59,588 bases of DNA, taken from contig DATKGW010000006.1 in NCBI GenBank assembly GCA_035510605.1, positions 1 to 59,588 of the forward strand, given 5' to 3'. The translations under genes were made by a program, and so were the position numbers. The notes beneath the pieces are model-generated. The model made no database searches, had not been told where the DNA came from, and worked only from the letters and a program-made list of their open reading frames with translations. The first letter of the stretch is position 1; the number at the start of each line of letters is the position of its first letter. This document shows positions 16,399 to 26,810 of the stretch, piece by piece. Origin of the DNA: Patescibacteria group bacterium. Lineage in GTDB: Bacteria > Patescibacteriota > Saccharimonadia > Saccharimonadales > CAIOMD01.

Positions 16399-17973
16399 AT
16401 GAACCGTATATTTGGACGCGCAAACAGAAAGCTATCACTCGGCTCTGCAGCTATGCTTCTATCCAGTACCGCATTGGTGGGTACGGTACTAGGCATACTG
16501 CGCACCAAATTGATTAATGCCAACTTTAATAACTTCGAATCAGATGCTTATTTTGCCGCTTTTAAAATACCTGATTTTGTGTTTTTTACTTTGGCTTCCG
16601 GTGCTTTGGGTGTAGCCTTTTTACCGATTTTAAGTGAGCGTTTGCGAAAAAATAAGCAAGCCGCCTGGGATGTTGCCAGCTATATCTTAAATGCATTAGC
16701 GGTTGTAGCCTTTTTTGCAGCTCTATTTATTATGATTTTTGCCGGGCCGCTTCTGAAATATGTAGTAGCACCCGGTTTTACACCCGAACAGTTGCAATTA
16801 GCGATTGCGATTATGCGTATAATCTCGGTCAATATCTTTTTATTTGCTATTTCTACGGTTTTGACTACGGTGCAGCAAGCAGTCGGCCGATTCTTTTTTA
16901 TGGCTATAGCACCACTTTTTTATAACGGTTGTATTATTGCCAGTATCTTTATTTTTGGTAATCGTTTTGGCATTGTGGGCTTGGGTTTGGGTGTGGCAAT
17001 CGGTGCCGTTTTGCAGCTACTTGTTGTGGCTCTGGGAATGATTGGCATGAATTTTCGTTTCAGGTTGGCTATTAATTTTAAGAACAAAAGCTTTAGAGAA
17101 GTCTTGCGCATTTTACCGGCCCGCTCTATCGACCAAGGCATGGACTATATAGAAGGTATCGTTGAAACCCGTTTTGCTTCGGAGCTCAGCATTGGCTCGG
17201 TCACCAATTACGAAAATGCGCTTATTTTGCATAATGCGCCGGTGGCATTAATCGGTACAGCCATATCTACGGCTGCTTTCCCAAGGTTAACGGATCGTTT
17301 AGCCCAGGGTAGGTCAGATCTGTTCAGGAAAGACTTTTTAAAAATCCTTCGAACTATGATCTGGATTGCCGCCCCTGTAGCAGTGCTTAGCTTTTTTGCT
17401 CGCGGTTACCTGGCCCGTATTATCTTTGCCCGAAGTAACCGTGAAATTGCTCTTATATTTGGCTTTTTGTGCATAGCGATATTCTTTAGGATTATCTACA
17501 CTATGGTTTCGCGTTATTTTTATGCTCATAAAGATACCAAAACACCACTTTATGTTTCGTTGTTTGTAATTGCTCTAAATATCTTTTTGGCCTATAGCTT
17601 ATCCAAGCCTAATGTTTATGGTGTGGCTGGCCTGGCTATCGCTCAAAGCATAGTAGCTTTCACGGAAGTATTTACTTTAATGACAATAATGGTTTACCGC
17701 GATCATAAATTCTTTGATATTGAGTTTTTCCGTTCGGTACTGAGGATTTTCTCGGTTACCGGTTTTAGCGCCGTGACCGGATATCTGGCAGTCCACTTTT
17801 TGCCATTGAACCAGCTTGATCAAGGGCTGGGATTAATTGTCAAATTAGCATTTATAACCCTGATAGTATTTAGCGTACATATTACCCTGTCTTATGTTTT
17901 TGGTTTTGACGAGGCTAAGCTGGTTGTTGAGCGCCTGAAGAGAATAGTCCTTAGACCTGTCAAGTTGGCTTAG
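16399..17973 (+). CDS. murJ: lipid II flippase MurJ (MviN family)
   Basis: About 14 TM helices. The N-terminal pattern GILRTKLINANF...DAYFAAFKIPDFVF is typical of MurJ. Confidence 0.8.
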   Translation: MNRIFGRANRKLSLGSAAMLLSSTALVGTVLGILRTKLINANFNNFESDAYFAAFKIPDFVFFTLASGALGVAFLPILSERLRKNKQAAWDVASYILNALAVVAFFAALFIMIFAGPLLKYVVAPGFTPEQLQLAIAIMRIISVNIFLFAISTVLTTVQQAVGRFFFMAIAPLFYNGCIIASIFIFGNRFGIVGLGLGVAIGAVLQLLVVALGMIGMNFRFRLAINFKNKSFREVLRILPARSIDQGMDYIEGIVETRFASELSIGSVTNYENALILHNAPVALIGTAISTAAFPRLTDRLAQGRSDLFRKDFLKILRTMIWIAAPVAVLSFFARGYLARIIFARSNREIALIFGFLCIAIFFRIIYTMVSRYFYAHKDTKTPLYVSLFVIALNIFLAYSLSKPNVYGVAGLAIAQSIVAFTEVFTLMTIMVYRDHKFFDIEFFRSVLRIFSVTGFSAVTGYLAVHFLPLNQLDQGLGLIVKLAFITLIVFSVHITLSYVFGFDEAKLVVERLKRIVLRPVKLA

Positions 17974-17995
17974 CCCTGTTATAATTATTTCACTT

Positions 17996-19771
17996 ATGGA
18001 ACATATCAGGAATTTTTGCATTATCAGTCATATTGACCATGGCAAGACGACCCTGGCCGATCGTTTACTGGAGTTGACTGGTACTGTTGCTATGCGCGAT
18101 ATGCGTGACCAGCTTTTAGATCGCATGGATCTGGAGCGGGAAAAGGGTATTACCATTAAGCTACAACCTGTTAGGATGCAATATAAAGGGTTTGAACTTA
18201 ACTTAATCGATACGCCCGGCCATGTCGATTTCAGTTACGAAGTTTCGCGCAGTTTGGAAGCTTGCGAAGGAGCTCTATTGGTAGTAGACGCTTCGCAAGG
18301 CATCCAGGCGCAAACTTTGGCCAACGTTTATCTGGCTTTGGCGGCTAACCTAAAAATTATTCCGGTACTCAATAAGATTGATTTGCCGGCGGCTGATATT
18401 GGCCGTGCTAGCAACGAGATTGTTTCTTTGCTGGGCTGCCAAAAAGAAGACATTATAAAAATCTCAGCCAAAACCGGTGAGGGTGTAGAGGCAATTTTGG
18501 ATGAGATTATCAAGCAAGTTTCGCCACCCCGGGGGGAGATAAATAAACCATTAAGAGCTTTGATATTTGACAGTTACTATGATGATTTTAGAGGGGTAAT
18601 TTTGTATATTCGGGTTGTCGACGGGATTTTAGCTAAAAATAACGGAATACATATGATGGCTTCTAAAAACCATGGTATTACCTTGGATATTGGTGCCCTA
18701 AAACCTGACATGCTGCCACTTGAAGATCTAAAAACCGGTGAGATCGGCTATGTGGTGACAAATCTTAAAAGTACGGCCCAGGCTCAGGTTGGCGATACGA
18801 TTACGCTGAGTGAATATCCAGCCGTTACAGCTTTGGCTGGTTATAAAAAAGTCAAACCGTTTGTTTATGCCGGAATATTTCCCAATTCCAACGAACAGTA
18901 TCAGCTGTTAAAAGCTGCCATAGCCAAACTGAAACTTAGTGATTCGGCTCTAGTTTATGAGCCGGAAAATTCCCCGGTTTTGGGTTTTGGTTTTAGGGTC
19001 GGCTTTTTGGGTCTGCTGCATATGGATATTGTCAAGGAGCGGTTGGAGCGGGAATACGATCTGGAGTTGATAATCACCAACCCCAGTACCAATTATCAGA
19101 TAATTTTAGTAAATGATGAAACCATTGATATAAAATCAGCCAATGAATTACCGGATCCGGTCAAGATTAAAGAAGTAAAAGAACCATGGGTCAGGGGTGA
19201 GATAGTTTGCCCAAAAGATTATGTGGGGGCAGTAATTCAGCTAATTGCTAACTCGAGAGGCCAGCAAAAAAATATTAACTTTATTGATACCGAGCTGTCG
19301 ATTATCAATTTTGAAGCACCGTTGGCTAATTTATTAACCGATTTTTATGACAAATTAAAAAGTATCACCTCTGGTTATGGTTCTTTTAATTATGATTTAG
19401 ACGATTATCGTTCAGAAAATCTGGTTCGGTTGGACTTCTACGTAGCCGGTGAAAAAGTTGATGCCTTAAGTATTATGGTACACAAATCAGAAGCCGATAG
19501 AATCGGCCGCGAAACGGTAGGTAAGCTAAAAGAGGTTATTCCTAAGCAATTATTTAAAGTCAGTTTGCAAGCTGCTGTGGGGATGCGTTTTATTGCCCGC
19601 GAAGATATCCCTATGCTTAAAAAGGATGTAACCGCCCATTTATATGGCGGTGATGTATCGAGAAAGAAAAAGTTATGGGCCAAACAAAAAAAGGGCAAAG
19701 CCCGGCTAAAACGGTTTGGCAAAGTCGATATACCAGCCGAAGCTTTTCAGATAATGCTCAAACGCGACTAG
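17996..19771 (+). CDS. lepA: translation elongation factor 4 (LepA)
   Basis: IRNFCIISHIDHGKTTLADRLL, DTPGHVDF, NKIDLP, and a LepA-specific C-terminal region. Confidence 0.97.
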   Translation: MEHIRNFCIISHIDHGKTTLADRLLELTGTVAMRDMRDQLLDRMDLEREKGITIKLQPVRMQYKGFELNLIDTPGHVDFSYEVSRSLEACEGALLVVDASQGIQAQTLANVYLALAANLKIIPVLNKIDLPAADIGRASNEIVSLLGCQKEDIIKISAKTGEGVEAILDEIIKQVSPPRGEINKPLRALIFDSYYDDFRGVILYIRVVDGILAKNNGIHMMASKNHGITLDIGALKPDMLPLEDLKTGEIGYVVTNLKSTAQAQVGDTITLSEYPAVTALAGYKKVKPFVYAGIFPNSNEQYQLLKAAIAKLKLSDSALVYEPENSPVLGFGFRVGFLGLLHMDIVKERLEREYDLELIITNPSTNYQIILVNDETIDIKSANELPDPVKIKEVKEPWVRGEIVCPKDYVGAVIQLIANSRGQQKNINFIDTELSIINFEAPLANLLTDFYDKLKSITSGYGSFNYDLDDYRSENLVRLDFYVAGEKVDALSIMVHKSEADRIGRETVGKLKEVIPKQLFKVSLQAAVGMRFIAREDIPMLKKDVTAHLYGGDVSRKKKLWAKQKKGKARLKRFGKVDIPAEAFQIMLKRD

Positions 19772-20375
19772 AAAATTCAAACAACCTGTTTATAATTTCG
19801 GTGGTGACCTCATCTTGTTTGGGGTCGCCGTTGATTTCTATCAACAATCCTTTATCGCGGTAAAAATCAATCACCGGTATGGTCTTATCCTGGAATTCAG
19901 CCAAACGAATCTTAATCGATTTTTCGTTGTCGTCGGTTCTTTTGCCACGGTCATTAATTTGCTTAGATACTTCCCATCGATTCCAAACTTCACCTTCGCT
20001 TAGTTGTAAAAAGATAACTGCCATAAGAAGGTGGCCAGATAACGCTGTAGCTTTTATAACTCCCTCTTCTTCTCCGTGCCATCGGCCAACGGAACTTAGT
20101 ATTAGAGGTTTGCCTGTAAAATCTGTTTGTCCCAAATAAGGTAAAACTATTTGCATATATTCTTCGGTGGGTGCCAACTGTCCGGCCTCCATATGGTTTT
20201 TTACATAATCTGGTGTAGCCTGGCTTCTTAAAATATCCCCGCCACCAATCAGCTGGCCGTGGAACAGTTTTGCTAATCTTTGGCCCTGGGTGTCTTTGCC
20301 GGCAAAAGGGCTGCCAAAAATGTTAATTGAACCGGTTCCCAGCCAATTGTTAATAGTTTGGATTTTATTTTCCAT
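19758..20375 (-). CDS. adenylate kinase-family nucleoside monophosphate kinase
   Basis: The P-loop variant INIFGSPFAGKDTQGQRLA and GGGDILR match the AK fold. The start is moved to MENKIQT (20375) because the longer ORF would run into the CIRCE operator. Confidence 0.6.
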   Translation of the reverse strand: MENKIQTINNWLGTGSINIFGSPFAGKDTQGQRLAKLFHGQLIGGGDILRSQATPDYVKNHMEAGQLAPTEEYMQIVLPYLGQTDFTGKPLILSSVGRWHGEEEGVIKATALSGHLLMAVIFLQLSEGEVWNRWEVSKQINDRGKRTDDNEKSIKIRLAEFQDKTIPVIDFYRDKGLLIEINGDPKQDEVTTEIINRLFEFSSRV

Positions 20376-20395
20376 CTTAACGAAATTATAGCATG

Positions 20396-20422
20396 TTGGC
20401 ACTCTTGACATGAGAGTGCTAA
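20396..20422. promoter_or_regulatory. CIRCE operator (HrcA binding site)
   Basis: TTGGCACTC-N9-GAGTGCTAA, against the consensus TTAGCACTC-N9-GAGTGCTAA. Confidence 0.85.
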
Positions 20423-20444
20423 TTTAGTTATTATTAAACCTAAG

Positions 20445-20471
20445 TTAGCACTTTAGCTAAACGAGTGACAA
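20445..20471. promoter_or_regulatory. second, degenerate CIRCE-like inverted repeat
   Basis: TTAGCACTT-N9-GAGTGACAA, ending 1 nt before the hrcA ATG. Confidence 0.6.
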
Positions 20472-20472
20472 A

Positions 20473-21183
20473 ATGACTGATAGACAAGCCAAAATATTAA
20501 GTGCCATCGTTGAACAATATGCCGAGGTCGCTGCTCCGGTTGGTTCAGTGCTGTTGGCGGATTTGTTTGGCGTTTCTTCGGCTACTATTCGAGCCGAAAT
20601 GGTTCATTTAGAAGAAATGGGTTTTATAGAACAGCCCCACACTAGTGCCGGTCGTATTCCGACAGATAAGGGTTACCGTTTTTATGTTAATAATCTAACT
20701 GAGCAGAATCAGGGCAGTACCCTGTCCAGGATGAATCGCAATGCAAGAGCGATTGATGTGAGAGTGCGTGGTGCCGGCGAGGCTACGCGAGCAATAAAAT
20801 CGGCGGTTGATAGCCTTGTAGAAATCACCCATAACCTAGGCATTGGTACTATCGGCGACCAGCTATATATGAGCGGAATCTCTAACCTGTTTAGCCAGCC
20901 GGATTTTGCCGATGGCATGGCGGTGTACGAAGTTGCCAAACTGTTGGATAACCTGGAACCATGGCTACGCGAGGCTCAACCCAACGAACCGTTAAGCGTT
21001 TATATTGGCCACGAAAACCCTATCGGAAAAGCAAGTGGTTGTTCGCTAATAGTCAGCAGGTTCCGCAGCCCCTATAGCGACCGAAGTTATATAGGCGTGG
21101 TTGGGCCAACGCGGCAGAGTTACCGCCAAGTTATGAACTTGGTCAACCATACCGGTGCCACACTAGAATCATTAATGTATTAA
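20473..21183 (+). CDS. hrcA: heat-inducible transcription repressor HrcA (short, 236 aa)
   Basis: Winged-helix N-terminus ILSAIVEQYAEVAAPVGS...SSATIRAEMVHLEEMGFIEQPHTSAGRIPTDKGYRFYV, with CIRCE upstream and grpE-dnaK-dnaJ downstream. Confidence 0.9.
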   Translation: MTDRQAKILSAIVEQYAEVAAPVGSVLLADLFGVSSATIRAEMVHLEEMGFIEQPHTSAGRIPTDKGYRFYVNNLTEQNQGSTLSRMNRNARAIDVRVRGAGEATRAIKSAVDSLVEITHNLGIGTIGDQLYMSGISNLFSQPDFADGMAVYEVAKLLDNLEPWLREAQPNEPLSVYIGHENPIGKASGCSLIVSRFRSPYSDRSYIGVVGPTRQSYRQVMNLVNHTGATLESLMY

Positions 21184-21198
21184 ACATAAGAATTCAAC

Positions 21199-21657
21199 AT
21201 GCCAAAAAATAAGCCTAAATCACCAAAAAACGACGAGATTAACACCTTAACAGCTGACTTGCAGCGCATCCAGGCCGATTTTATTAATTTTAGAAATCGA
21301 GCCGATGCCAACCGCGTACGCGATATCAATGCTGGCAAAGAAGCGGCAATAGAGGCATTCTTGCCAATCCTAGATAATCTGGACCGGGCAATTGCTCACG
21401 AGCCAAAAGATATTATTGATCATCAGTGGGTTAAAGGAGTTACCCAAATGGTAAAACAGCTGGACAGCCAACTAGAATCAATAGGTGTCGTAAAAATCGA
21501 CCAGGTTGGTGAAGTGTTTGACCCTTACAAGCACGAAGCCATTGCCATGGAAGAATCAGACGGTGAAACAGAAGTGATAGCCGAAGTTATACAAACCGGT
21601 TATCAGTTCGGTGACACGGTCATTAGGGCGGCAAAAGTGAAAGTAAAAAGGATTTAG
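21199..21657 (+). CDS. grpE: nucleotide exchange factor GrpE
   Basis: Q+DFINFRNRA, LPILDNLDRA, FDPYKHEAI, and operon context. Confidence 0.9.
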   Translation: MPKNKPKSPKNDEINTLTADLQRIQADFINFRNRADANRVRDINAGKEAAIEAFLPILDNLDRAIAHEPKDIIDHQWVKGVTQMVKQLDSQLESIGVVKIDQVGEVFDPYKHEAIAMEESDGETEVIAEVIQTGYQFGDTVIRAAKVKVKRI

Positions 21658-21659
21658 TT

Positions 21660-21881
21660 ATGGAAAAAGAATTTATCACATCACTTACATCTAAGGAACA
21701 GGCAAAAATTGTGTTTTATGCCTTCGTGGGAGCATTTAGAGATGTAAATGTTGGCGACCCGGATCAAACACAAGAAGATTTTGGACAATCTGTAAGATTG
21801 TACGGATTAGGTGCTGACTTTGGAATCTCGCAGCCAGACTTAGACTTGGCTTATTCAAAAGCAGAGAGCGATTATAGATAA
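21660..21881 (+). CDS. hypothetical small acidic protein (73 aa) between grpE and dnaK
   Basis: The ORF starts 3 nt after the grpE stop. No domain recognised. Confidence 0.4.
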   Translation: MEKEFITSLTSKEQAKIVFYAFVGAFRDVNVGDPDQTQEDFGQSVRLYGLGADFGISQPDLDLAYSKAESDYR

Positions 21882-21908
21882 TTTAATAAATTGTAAAGGA
21901 GATTTAAG

Positions 21909-23813
21909 ATGGGAAAAATATTAGGAATCGATTTAGGAACAACCAACAGTGCCATGGCGGTAATGGAGGGCGGCAAGCCCGAAATCGTTGCCAACGCCGA
22001 AGGTAGCCGTACGACACCTAGCGTAGTTGCTATAAGTAAAAACGGTGAACGCTTAGTGGGCCAATTAGCCCGCCGCCAAGCTGTCACTAATCCCGGCAAT
22101 ACCGTTTATGAGATGAAGCGCCTTATCGGCCGGCGTTGGGAAGATAAAGAAATTCAACGCGATATCAAGCTTATGGGCTACGAAATGGTTAAAAGCGGTA
22201 CCAGCGTAAAAGTTAAGATGGGCGATAAAGAATACAGCCCCGAAGAACTTAGCGCTATGGTGCTCGGTAAACTAAAAGCCGACGCTGAGGCCTATCTTGG
22301 CCAGCCGGTAACAGAGGCTGTAATTACTACACCTGCCTATTTTGATGATGCTCAGCGTCAGGCCACTAAAGATGCCGGTAAAATTGCCGGTTTAGAGGTA
22401 AAGCGTATTATTAACGAACCAACTGCCGCCGCCCTAGCTTACGGCTTGGATAAAGACGGTAAAGACGAAAAAATCGCTGTTTACGATCTTGGCGGTGGAA
22501 CTTTTGATATTTCTATCTTAGAACTCGGTGACGGAGTTTTTGAAGTTAAGAGCACCAACGGCGATACACATCTCGGTGGTGCCGATTTTGACCGCACAAT
22601 TGTTAATTATTTGCTGGAGGAGTTCAAAAAAGATCATTCCGTTGATATTACAGATGATCGCAGCGCTATGCAGCGTCTGCGCGACGAAGCCGAAAAGGCC
22701 AAGATTGAGCTTAGCACTACCAATGAGGTAGATATTAATTTGCCATTCTTAACAGCTACAGCCGATGGCCCGGTTCATTTTGAGCTAAAACTGACCCGCG
22801 CCAAGCTGGAAAGCCTGGTTGGCGATCTGGTAAACCGTACCAAAGAACCTTGCGAAAAGGCCCTAAAAGACGCCGGTGTTAAAACCAGCGATATAGATGC
22901 CGTAGTTTTGGTCGGTGGAATTACTCGAATGCCATCTGTTGTCGCCAAAGTTAAAGAGATTTTTGGCAAAGACCCGATGAAAGGCGTTAACCCGGACGAA
23001 GTCGTAGCCATTGGTGCCGCCATACAGGGCGGTGTGCTGGCCGGTGACGTTAAAGACGTTCTGTTACTCGATGTTACCCCCTTAAGCCTCGGTATAGAGA
23101 CTATGGGCGGTGTCAGCACCAAACTAATAGAGCGCAACACCACTATCCCTACATCAAAAAGCGAAACCTTTAGTACTGCTGCCGATAACCAGCCGCAGGT
23201 AGAAATCAATGTTTTGCAGGGCGAACGCGAAATGTCGGCTGATAATAAAAGCCTTGGTCGCTTTCTTTTAGATGGCATTGCTCCGGCGCCTCGTGGGATT
23301 CCGCAGATCGAGGTTACCTTTAACTTGGATGCCAATGGCATTTTGAATGTTACGGCTAAAGATAAGGGCACCGGTAAAGAACAGAGCATAACTATTCAGA
23401 ACAGTGGCAACTTAAGCAAAGACGATGTCGAAAAAGCTCGCAAAGAGGCCGAAGCTCACGCTGATGAAGATAAAAAGAAGCGCGAAGTGATTGACAGTAA
23501 AAATCAGCTAGAAAACGCCATTTATCAGGCCCAGAAATTGAAAGATGATAACGGTGATAAAATTAGTGAAGATGATAAGAAAACTTTGGATGAAGCCATA
23601 GAAGCAGCCAAAAAAGAACTGGATAACACTGATAAAGATAAGCTGGAGGCTGCCGGCAAAGAACTTAGTAATAAGATTATGCCGATTGGCGCCAAACTGT
23701 ACGAGCAAGCCAGTAAACCGGCCGAAGATGCAAAGTCTGATGAGGATAAAAAAGACGACAAAGAGGGCCCGGTAGAGGGCGAAGTCGTCGACGATGATAA
23801 GCAGGAGAAATAA
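21909..23813 (+). CDS. dnaK: molecular chaperone DnaK (Hsp70)
   Basis: [27 protein letters not shown], and an acidic C-terminal tail. Confidence 0.98.
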   Translation: MGKILGIDLGTTNSAMAVMEGGKPEIVANAEGSRTTPSVVAISKNGERLVGQLARRQAVTNPGNTVYEMKRLIGRRWEDKEIQRDIKLMGYEMVKSGTSVKVKMGDKEYSPEELSAMVLGKLKADAEAYLGQPVTEAVITTPAYFDDAQRQATKDAGKIAGLEVKRIINEPTAAALAYGLDKDGKDEKIAVYDLGGGTFDISILELGDGVFEVKSTNGDTHLGGADFDRTIVNYLLEEFKKDHSVDITDDRSAMQRLRDEAEKAKIELSTTNEVDINLPFLTATADGPVHFELKLTRAKLESLVGDLVNRTKEPCEKALKDAGVKTSDIDAVVLVGGITRMPSVVAKVKEIFGKDPMKGVNPDEVVAIGAAIQGGVLAGDVKDVLLLDVTPLSLGIETMGGVSTKLIERNTTIPTSKSETFSTAADNQPQVEINVLQGEREMSADNKSLGRFLLDGIAPAPRGIPQIEVTFNLDANGILNVTAKDKGTGKEQSITIQNSGNLSKDDVEKARKEAEAHADEDKKKREVIDSKNQLENAIYQAQKLKDDNGDKISEDDKKTLDEAIEAAKKELDNTDKDKLEAAGKELSNKIMPIGAKLYEQASKPAEDAKSDEDKKDDKEGPVEGEVVDDDKQEK

Positions 23814-23890
23814 TGATCGTTATGCGGCAGACTTTGGCTGATATACTAGTATTGACAGAGAGAATTTAATAGTGATAACAAGGAGTAGAA

Positions 23891-24079
23891 ATGTCTTTAA
23901 TAAACAGACACGAATTAGGATTAGATAATCTGTATGCTTTAGAAATTGATCGTACCGATGATGGTTATAAATTGCACAAAAGGGAAGTTATAGATGTGAC
24001 AAAGGTTAATCAAGCATTCCAAGAACTAGGTGCTGCAGCCGCAATCGCCTCTGATATCGAAGCCCCAAACGTACAATAA
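23891..24079 (+). CDS. hypothetical small protein (62 aa) between dnaK and dnaJ
   Basis: AAGGAG lies 5 nt upstream of the ATG, and the ORF ends 6 nt before dnaJ. No domain recognised. Confidence 0.4.
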   Translation: MSLINRHELGLDNLYALEIDRTDDGYKLHKREVIDVTKVNQAFQELGAAAAIASDIEAPNVQ

Positions 24080-24085
24080 GTTAGT

Positions 24086-25198
24086 ATGACCAAGCGGGAT
24101 TATTACGAAATACTGGGAGTAGGTAAAGATGCGAGCGCCGACGAGATAAAAAAGGCGTTTCGCCGGTTAGCCGTGCTTCATCATCCCGATAAAGAAGGTG
24201 GCGACGAAACCAAGTTTAAAGAGATAAACGAAGCTTACGAAGTTTTAAAGGACAGCGAAAAACGTAAACGTTATGACCAGTTCGGCCATGCTGGTGTTGG
24301 CGGTAATGGCGGCCCGAGCGGTGCGGGCGGCTTTGATTTTAATAATTTTGGCGGATTTCAAGGCCAAAATATTAACTTCGACTTCGGTGATATGGGCCTG
24401 GGCGACATATTCGGCAGTTTTTTCGGCGGCGGCCAGCGCCAACAACAACGTTCTCGCCGTGGCCGGGATATAGAAACGGTAATTGATTTAAGCTTCGAAG
24501 AAGCGGTTTTTGGCGTCGAAAAATCCTTGAAACTGAATATCGAAGCCGAATGTGACCATTGTAAAAGCAGCGGCGTTGAGCCGGGATATGAACTGGTCAC
24601 ATGCGACACCTGCAAAGGCTCAGGCCAAGTCGTATCTGTTACACGGACGATTTTTGGCAATATTCAGCAGCAAAGCGTTTGCCCGACTTGCCATGGTACC
24701 GGCAAAAAACCGGAGAAAAACTGTTCGGTTTGCAGTGGCAAGGGCGTAAAACGCAAAGATGTGACGGTCGAACTAAAAATCCCGGCCGGTATCGACGATG
24801 GGGCGACCATTCGATTACGCGAACACGGCGAGGCTATTTTAAACGGCCCCAAGGGTGATCTGTATGTTCACGTAAGGGTAAGACCGCACAAAAAGTTTAC
24901 CCGAGAAGGTGTTTTGATACTCTCCCACGAGGGCATAGATATGGTTACGGCAGTGCTGGGTGGCGAAATTAAGGTAGATACCGTTGACGGTCCCATTAAG
25001 ATGAAAGTACCGGCCGGCACCCAGAGTGGGTCCGACTTTAAATTATCCGGCCACGGCGTGCCGCATTTAAAGGGTGAGGGTCGAGGTGCACACATAGTAA
25101 CTTTAGAGGTAGAAATACCCCAAAAGTTAAGTAAACACCAAAAAGAACTGCTAGAAGAGTTCAAAAAAGATAGCGGCAAACACAGCTTCTTTAGCTAG
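24086..25198 (+). CDS. dnaJ: molecular chaperone DnaJ
   Basis: J domain with HPDK, a G/F-rich region, and four CxxCxGxG zinc-finger repeats. Confidence 0.97.
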   Translation: MTKRDYYEILGVGKDASADEIKKAFRRLAVLHHPDKEGGDETKFKEINEAYEVLKDSEKRKRYDQFGHAGVGGNGGPSGAGGFDFNNFGGFQGQNINFDFGDMGLGDIFGSFFGGGQRQQQRSRRGRDIETVIDLSFEEAVFGVEKSLKLNIEAECDHCKSSGVEPGYELVTCDTCKGSGQVVSVTRTIFGNIQQQSVCPTCHGTGKKPEKNCSVCSGKGVKRKDVTVELKIPAGIDDGATIRLREHGEAILNGPKGDLYVHVRVRPHKKFTREGVLILSHEGIDMVTAVLGGEIKVDTVDGPIKMKVPAGTQSGSDFKLSGHGVPHLKGEGRGAHIVTLEVEIPQKLSKHQKELLEEFKKDSGKHSFFS

Positions 25199-25231
25199 AC
25201 AAAAGTTAACTTAAGCGCAATAATCATCTAA

Positions 25232-25342
25232 ATGAGCCGAAAAGATCAATCTGGCTTTATACCAATGTTAATCATGATACTTTTAATACTTATTGTAGCC
25301 ATTGCGTTTGCGTTTATTAGAGTCTTGCACCACAACAGATGA
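25232..25342 (+). CDS. 36-aa single-TM peptide candidate (MSRKDQSGFIPMLIMILLILIVAIAFAFIRVLHHNR)
   Basis: A small ORF below the track cutoff with one strongly hydrophobic helix. No clear RBS. Confidence 0.3.
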   Translation: MSRKDQSGFIPMLIMILLILIVAIAFAFIRVLHHNR

Positions 25343-25450
25343 AATTAGACGAACCTACCATTGACAATATGCTAAAAAAATGCTATTTTATAGTGACTTT
25401 TTAAATGAGCTAGATTTAAGCAGTTTTACTTAAATTTAAAGAGTAATTGT

Positions 25451-25888
25451 ATGGTTAAGCGAGAAATTCACAACATTGGCACCGTTGAGTGCATTAACCT
25501 GCCTGATGCGGGCGTATTTAAGATATCTGCAAAAATTGATACCGGTGCGACCTTTAGTGTCATCTGGGCCAGCAATATCAGAGAAGAAGATGGAATTTTA
25601 TACTTTACTCTTTTTAACAAACAAAGTTCTTTTTATACAGGCCAAGAGATAGTTGCTAAAAAATACGAGGTTGCCAGAATCCGCAACTCATTTGGGCACA
25701 TTCAACAAAGGTATAGAGTAGCGCTTAAGATCACTATGGGTTCGCAAACTTTTAGGGCCAAATTTTCTTTAGCCAATCGCTCTCGTAACAAATATGCAAT
25801 TCTTCTGGGCAGAAAGTTGTTACATGGGCGATTTGTGGTTGATGTAGCTAAAAAGAATATACATAAATTGCAGGTCAAAGCCTGCTAA
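25451..25888 (+). CDS. retropepsin-like ATP-dependent zinc protease family protein (RimK-associated, DUF785-like)
   Basis: KIDTGATFSVIWA Asp-protease-like motif, and the conserved position directly upstream of rimK. Confidence 0.6.
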   Translation: MVKREIHNIGTVECINLPDAGVFKISAKIDTGATFSVIWASNIREEDGILYFTLFNKQSSFYTGQEIVAKKYEVARIRNSFGHIQQRYRVALKITMGSQTFRAKFSLANRSRNKYAILLGRKLLHGRFVVDVAKKNIHKLQVKAC

Positions 25889-25907
25889 GATTAAGAATGT
25901 AAAAATT

Positions 25908-26810
25908 ATGAAAATAGTAATACTTTCTAAAGGGCCAGGTAACTTTTCTACCAAACGTCTTAAGCAAGAAGCTATTGACCGCGGCCACGAAGTTCGAGTA
26001 GTGGACTATGCCAAGTGTTATATAAGCGTAGAACAAGATAAGCCGCGCGTTCGCTACGAAGGCGAAGATATTTCTGATGCCGATGTAATAATTCCAAGAA
26101 TTGCCTCTAGCTATACCAAGTATGGTTCGGCTATCGTTAGGCAGTTCGAAATGATGGGCGTTTACACCACCACTAAATCAATTGCTTTAGTTCGCTCAAG
26201 AGATAAATTGCGCTGCTTACAAATTTTAGCTAAATCTGGTGTTGGTATTCCTAAAACTGTTTTTTCCCGCGAAACGGCAGAGATAGAAGACGTTTTAGAG
26301 CAAGTTGGCGGGCCGCCGGTTGTTATTAAAGTTGCCCGTGGTACCCATGGCAAAGGCGTGGTGTTGGCCGAAACCAGAAAAGCAGCCCAGGCCGTGATGC
26401 AAGCCTTTTATGTAGAAGGCGTGAGCTTTTTGGTGCAAGAATTTATCACCGAAAGCGCCGGCACGGATATTAGGGTCTTTATTGTTGGCGGCCAGGTAGT
26501 CGCCAGCATGAAGAGACAGAGTTTGGACGACGATTTTAGATCTAACTTACACCAAGGTGCCGAAGGCTCGCTTGTAAAACTAACTGACGAAGAAAAAAGA
26601 ACAGCCTTGAAAGCTGCGCGGGCCATGGGCCTCCAGATTTGTGGTGTAGATATGGTTAGGTCAGACCGTGGGCCACTGATTTTGGAAGTAAATGTCAGCC
26701 CGGGCTTTGGGATAGAAAAAGTTACGGGTAGGGACGTTGCTTCAAAAATAATTGAATACGTAGAAAAAAATGCCAAACAAACTCACAGAAAAGACCGAGT
26801 CGGCGCCTAA
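25908..26810 (+). CDS. rimK: RimK-family ATP-grasp alpha-L-glutamate ligase
   Basis: IPRIASSYT, PVVIKVARGTHGKGVVLAE, GTDIRVFIVGG and ICGVDMV...LILEVNVSPG match the RimK ATP-grasp fold. Confidence 0.9.
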   Translation: MKIVILSKGPGNFSTKRLKQEAIDRGHEVRVVDYAKCYISVEQDKPRVRYEGEDISDADVIIPRIASSYTKYGSAIVRQFEMMGVYTTTKSIALVRSRDKLRCLQILAKSGVGIPKTVFSRETAEIEDVLEQVGGPPVVIKVARGTHGKGVVLAETRKAAQAVMQAFYVEGVSFLVQEFITESAGTDIRVFIVGGQVVASMKRQSLDDDFRSNLHQGAEGSLVKLTDEEKRTALKAARAMGLQICGVDMVRSDRGPLILEVNVSPGFGIEKVTGRDVASKIIEYVEKNAKQTHRKDRVGA

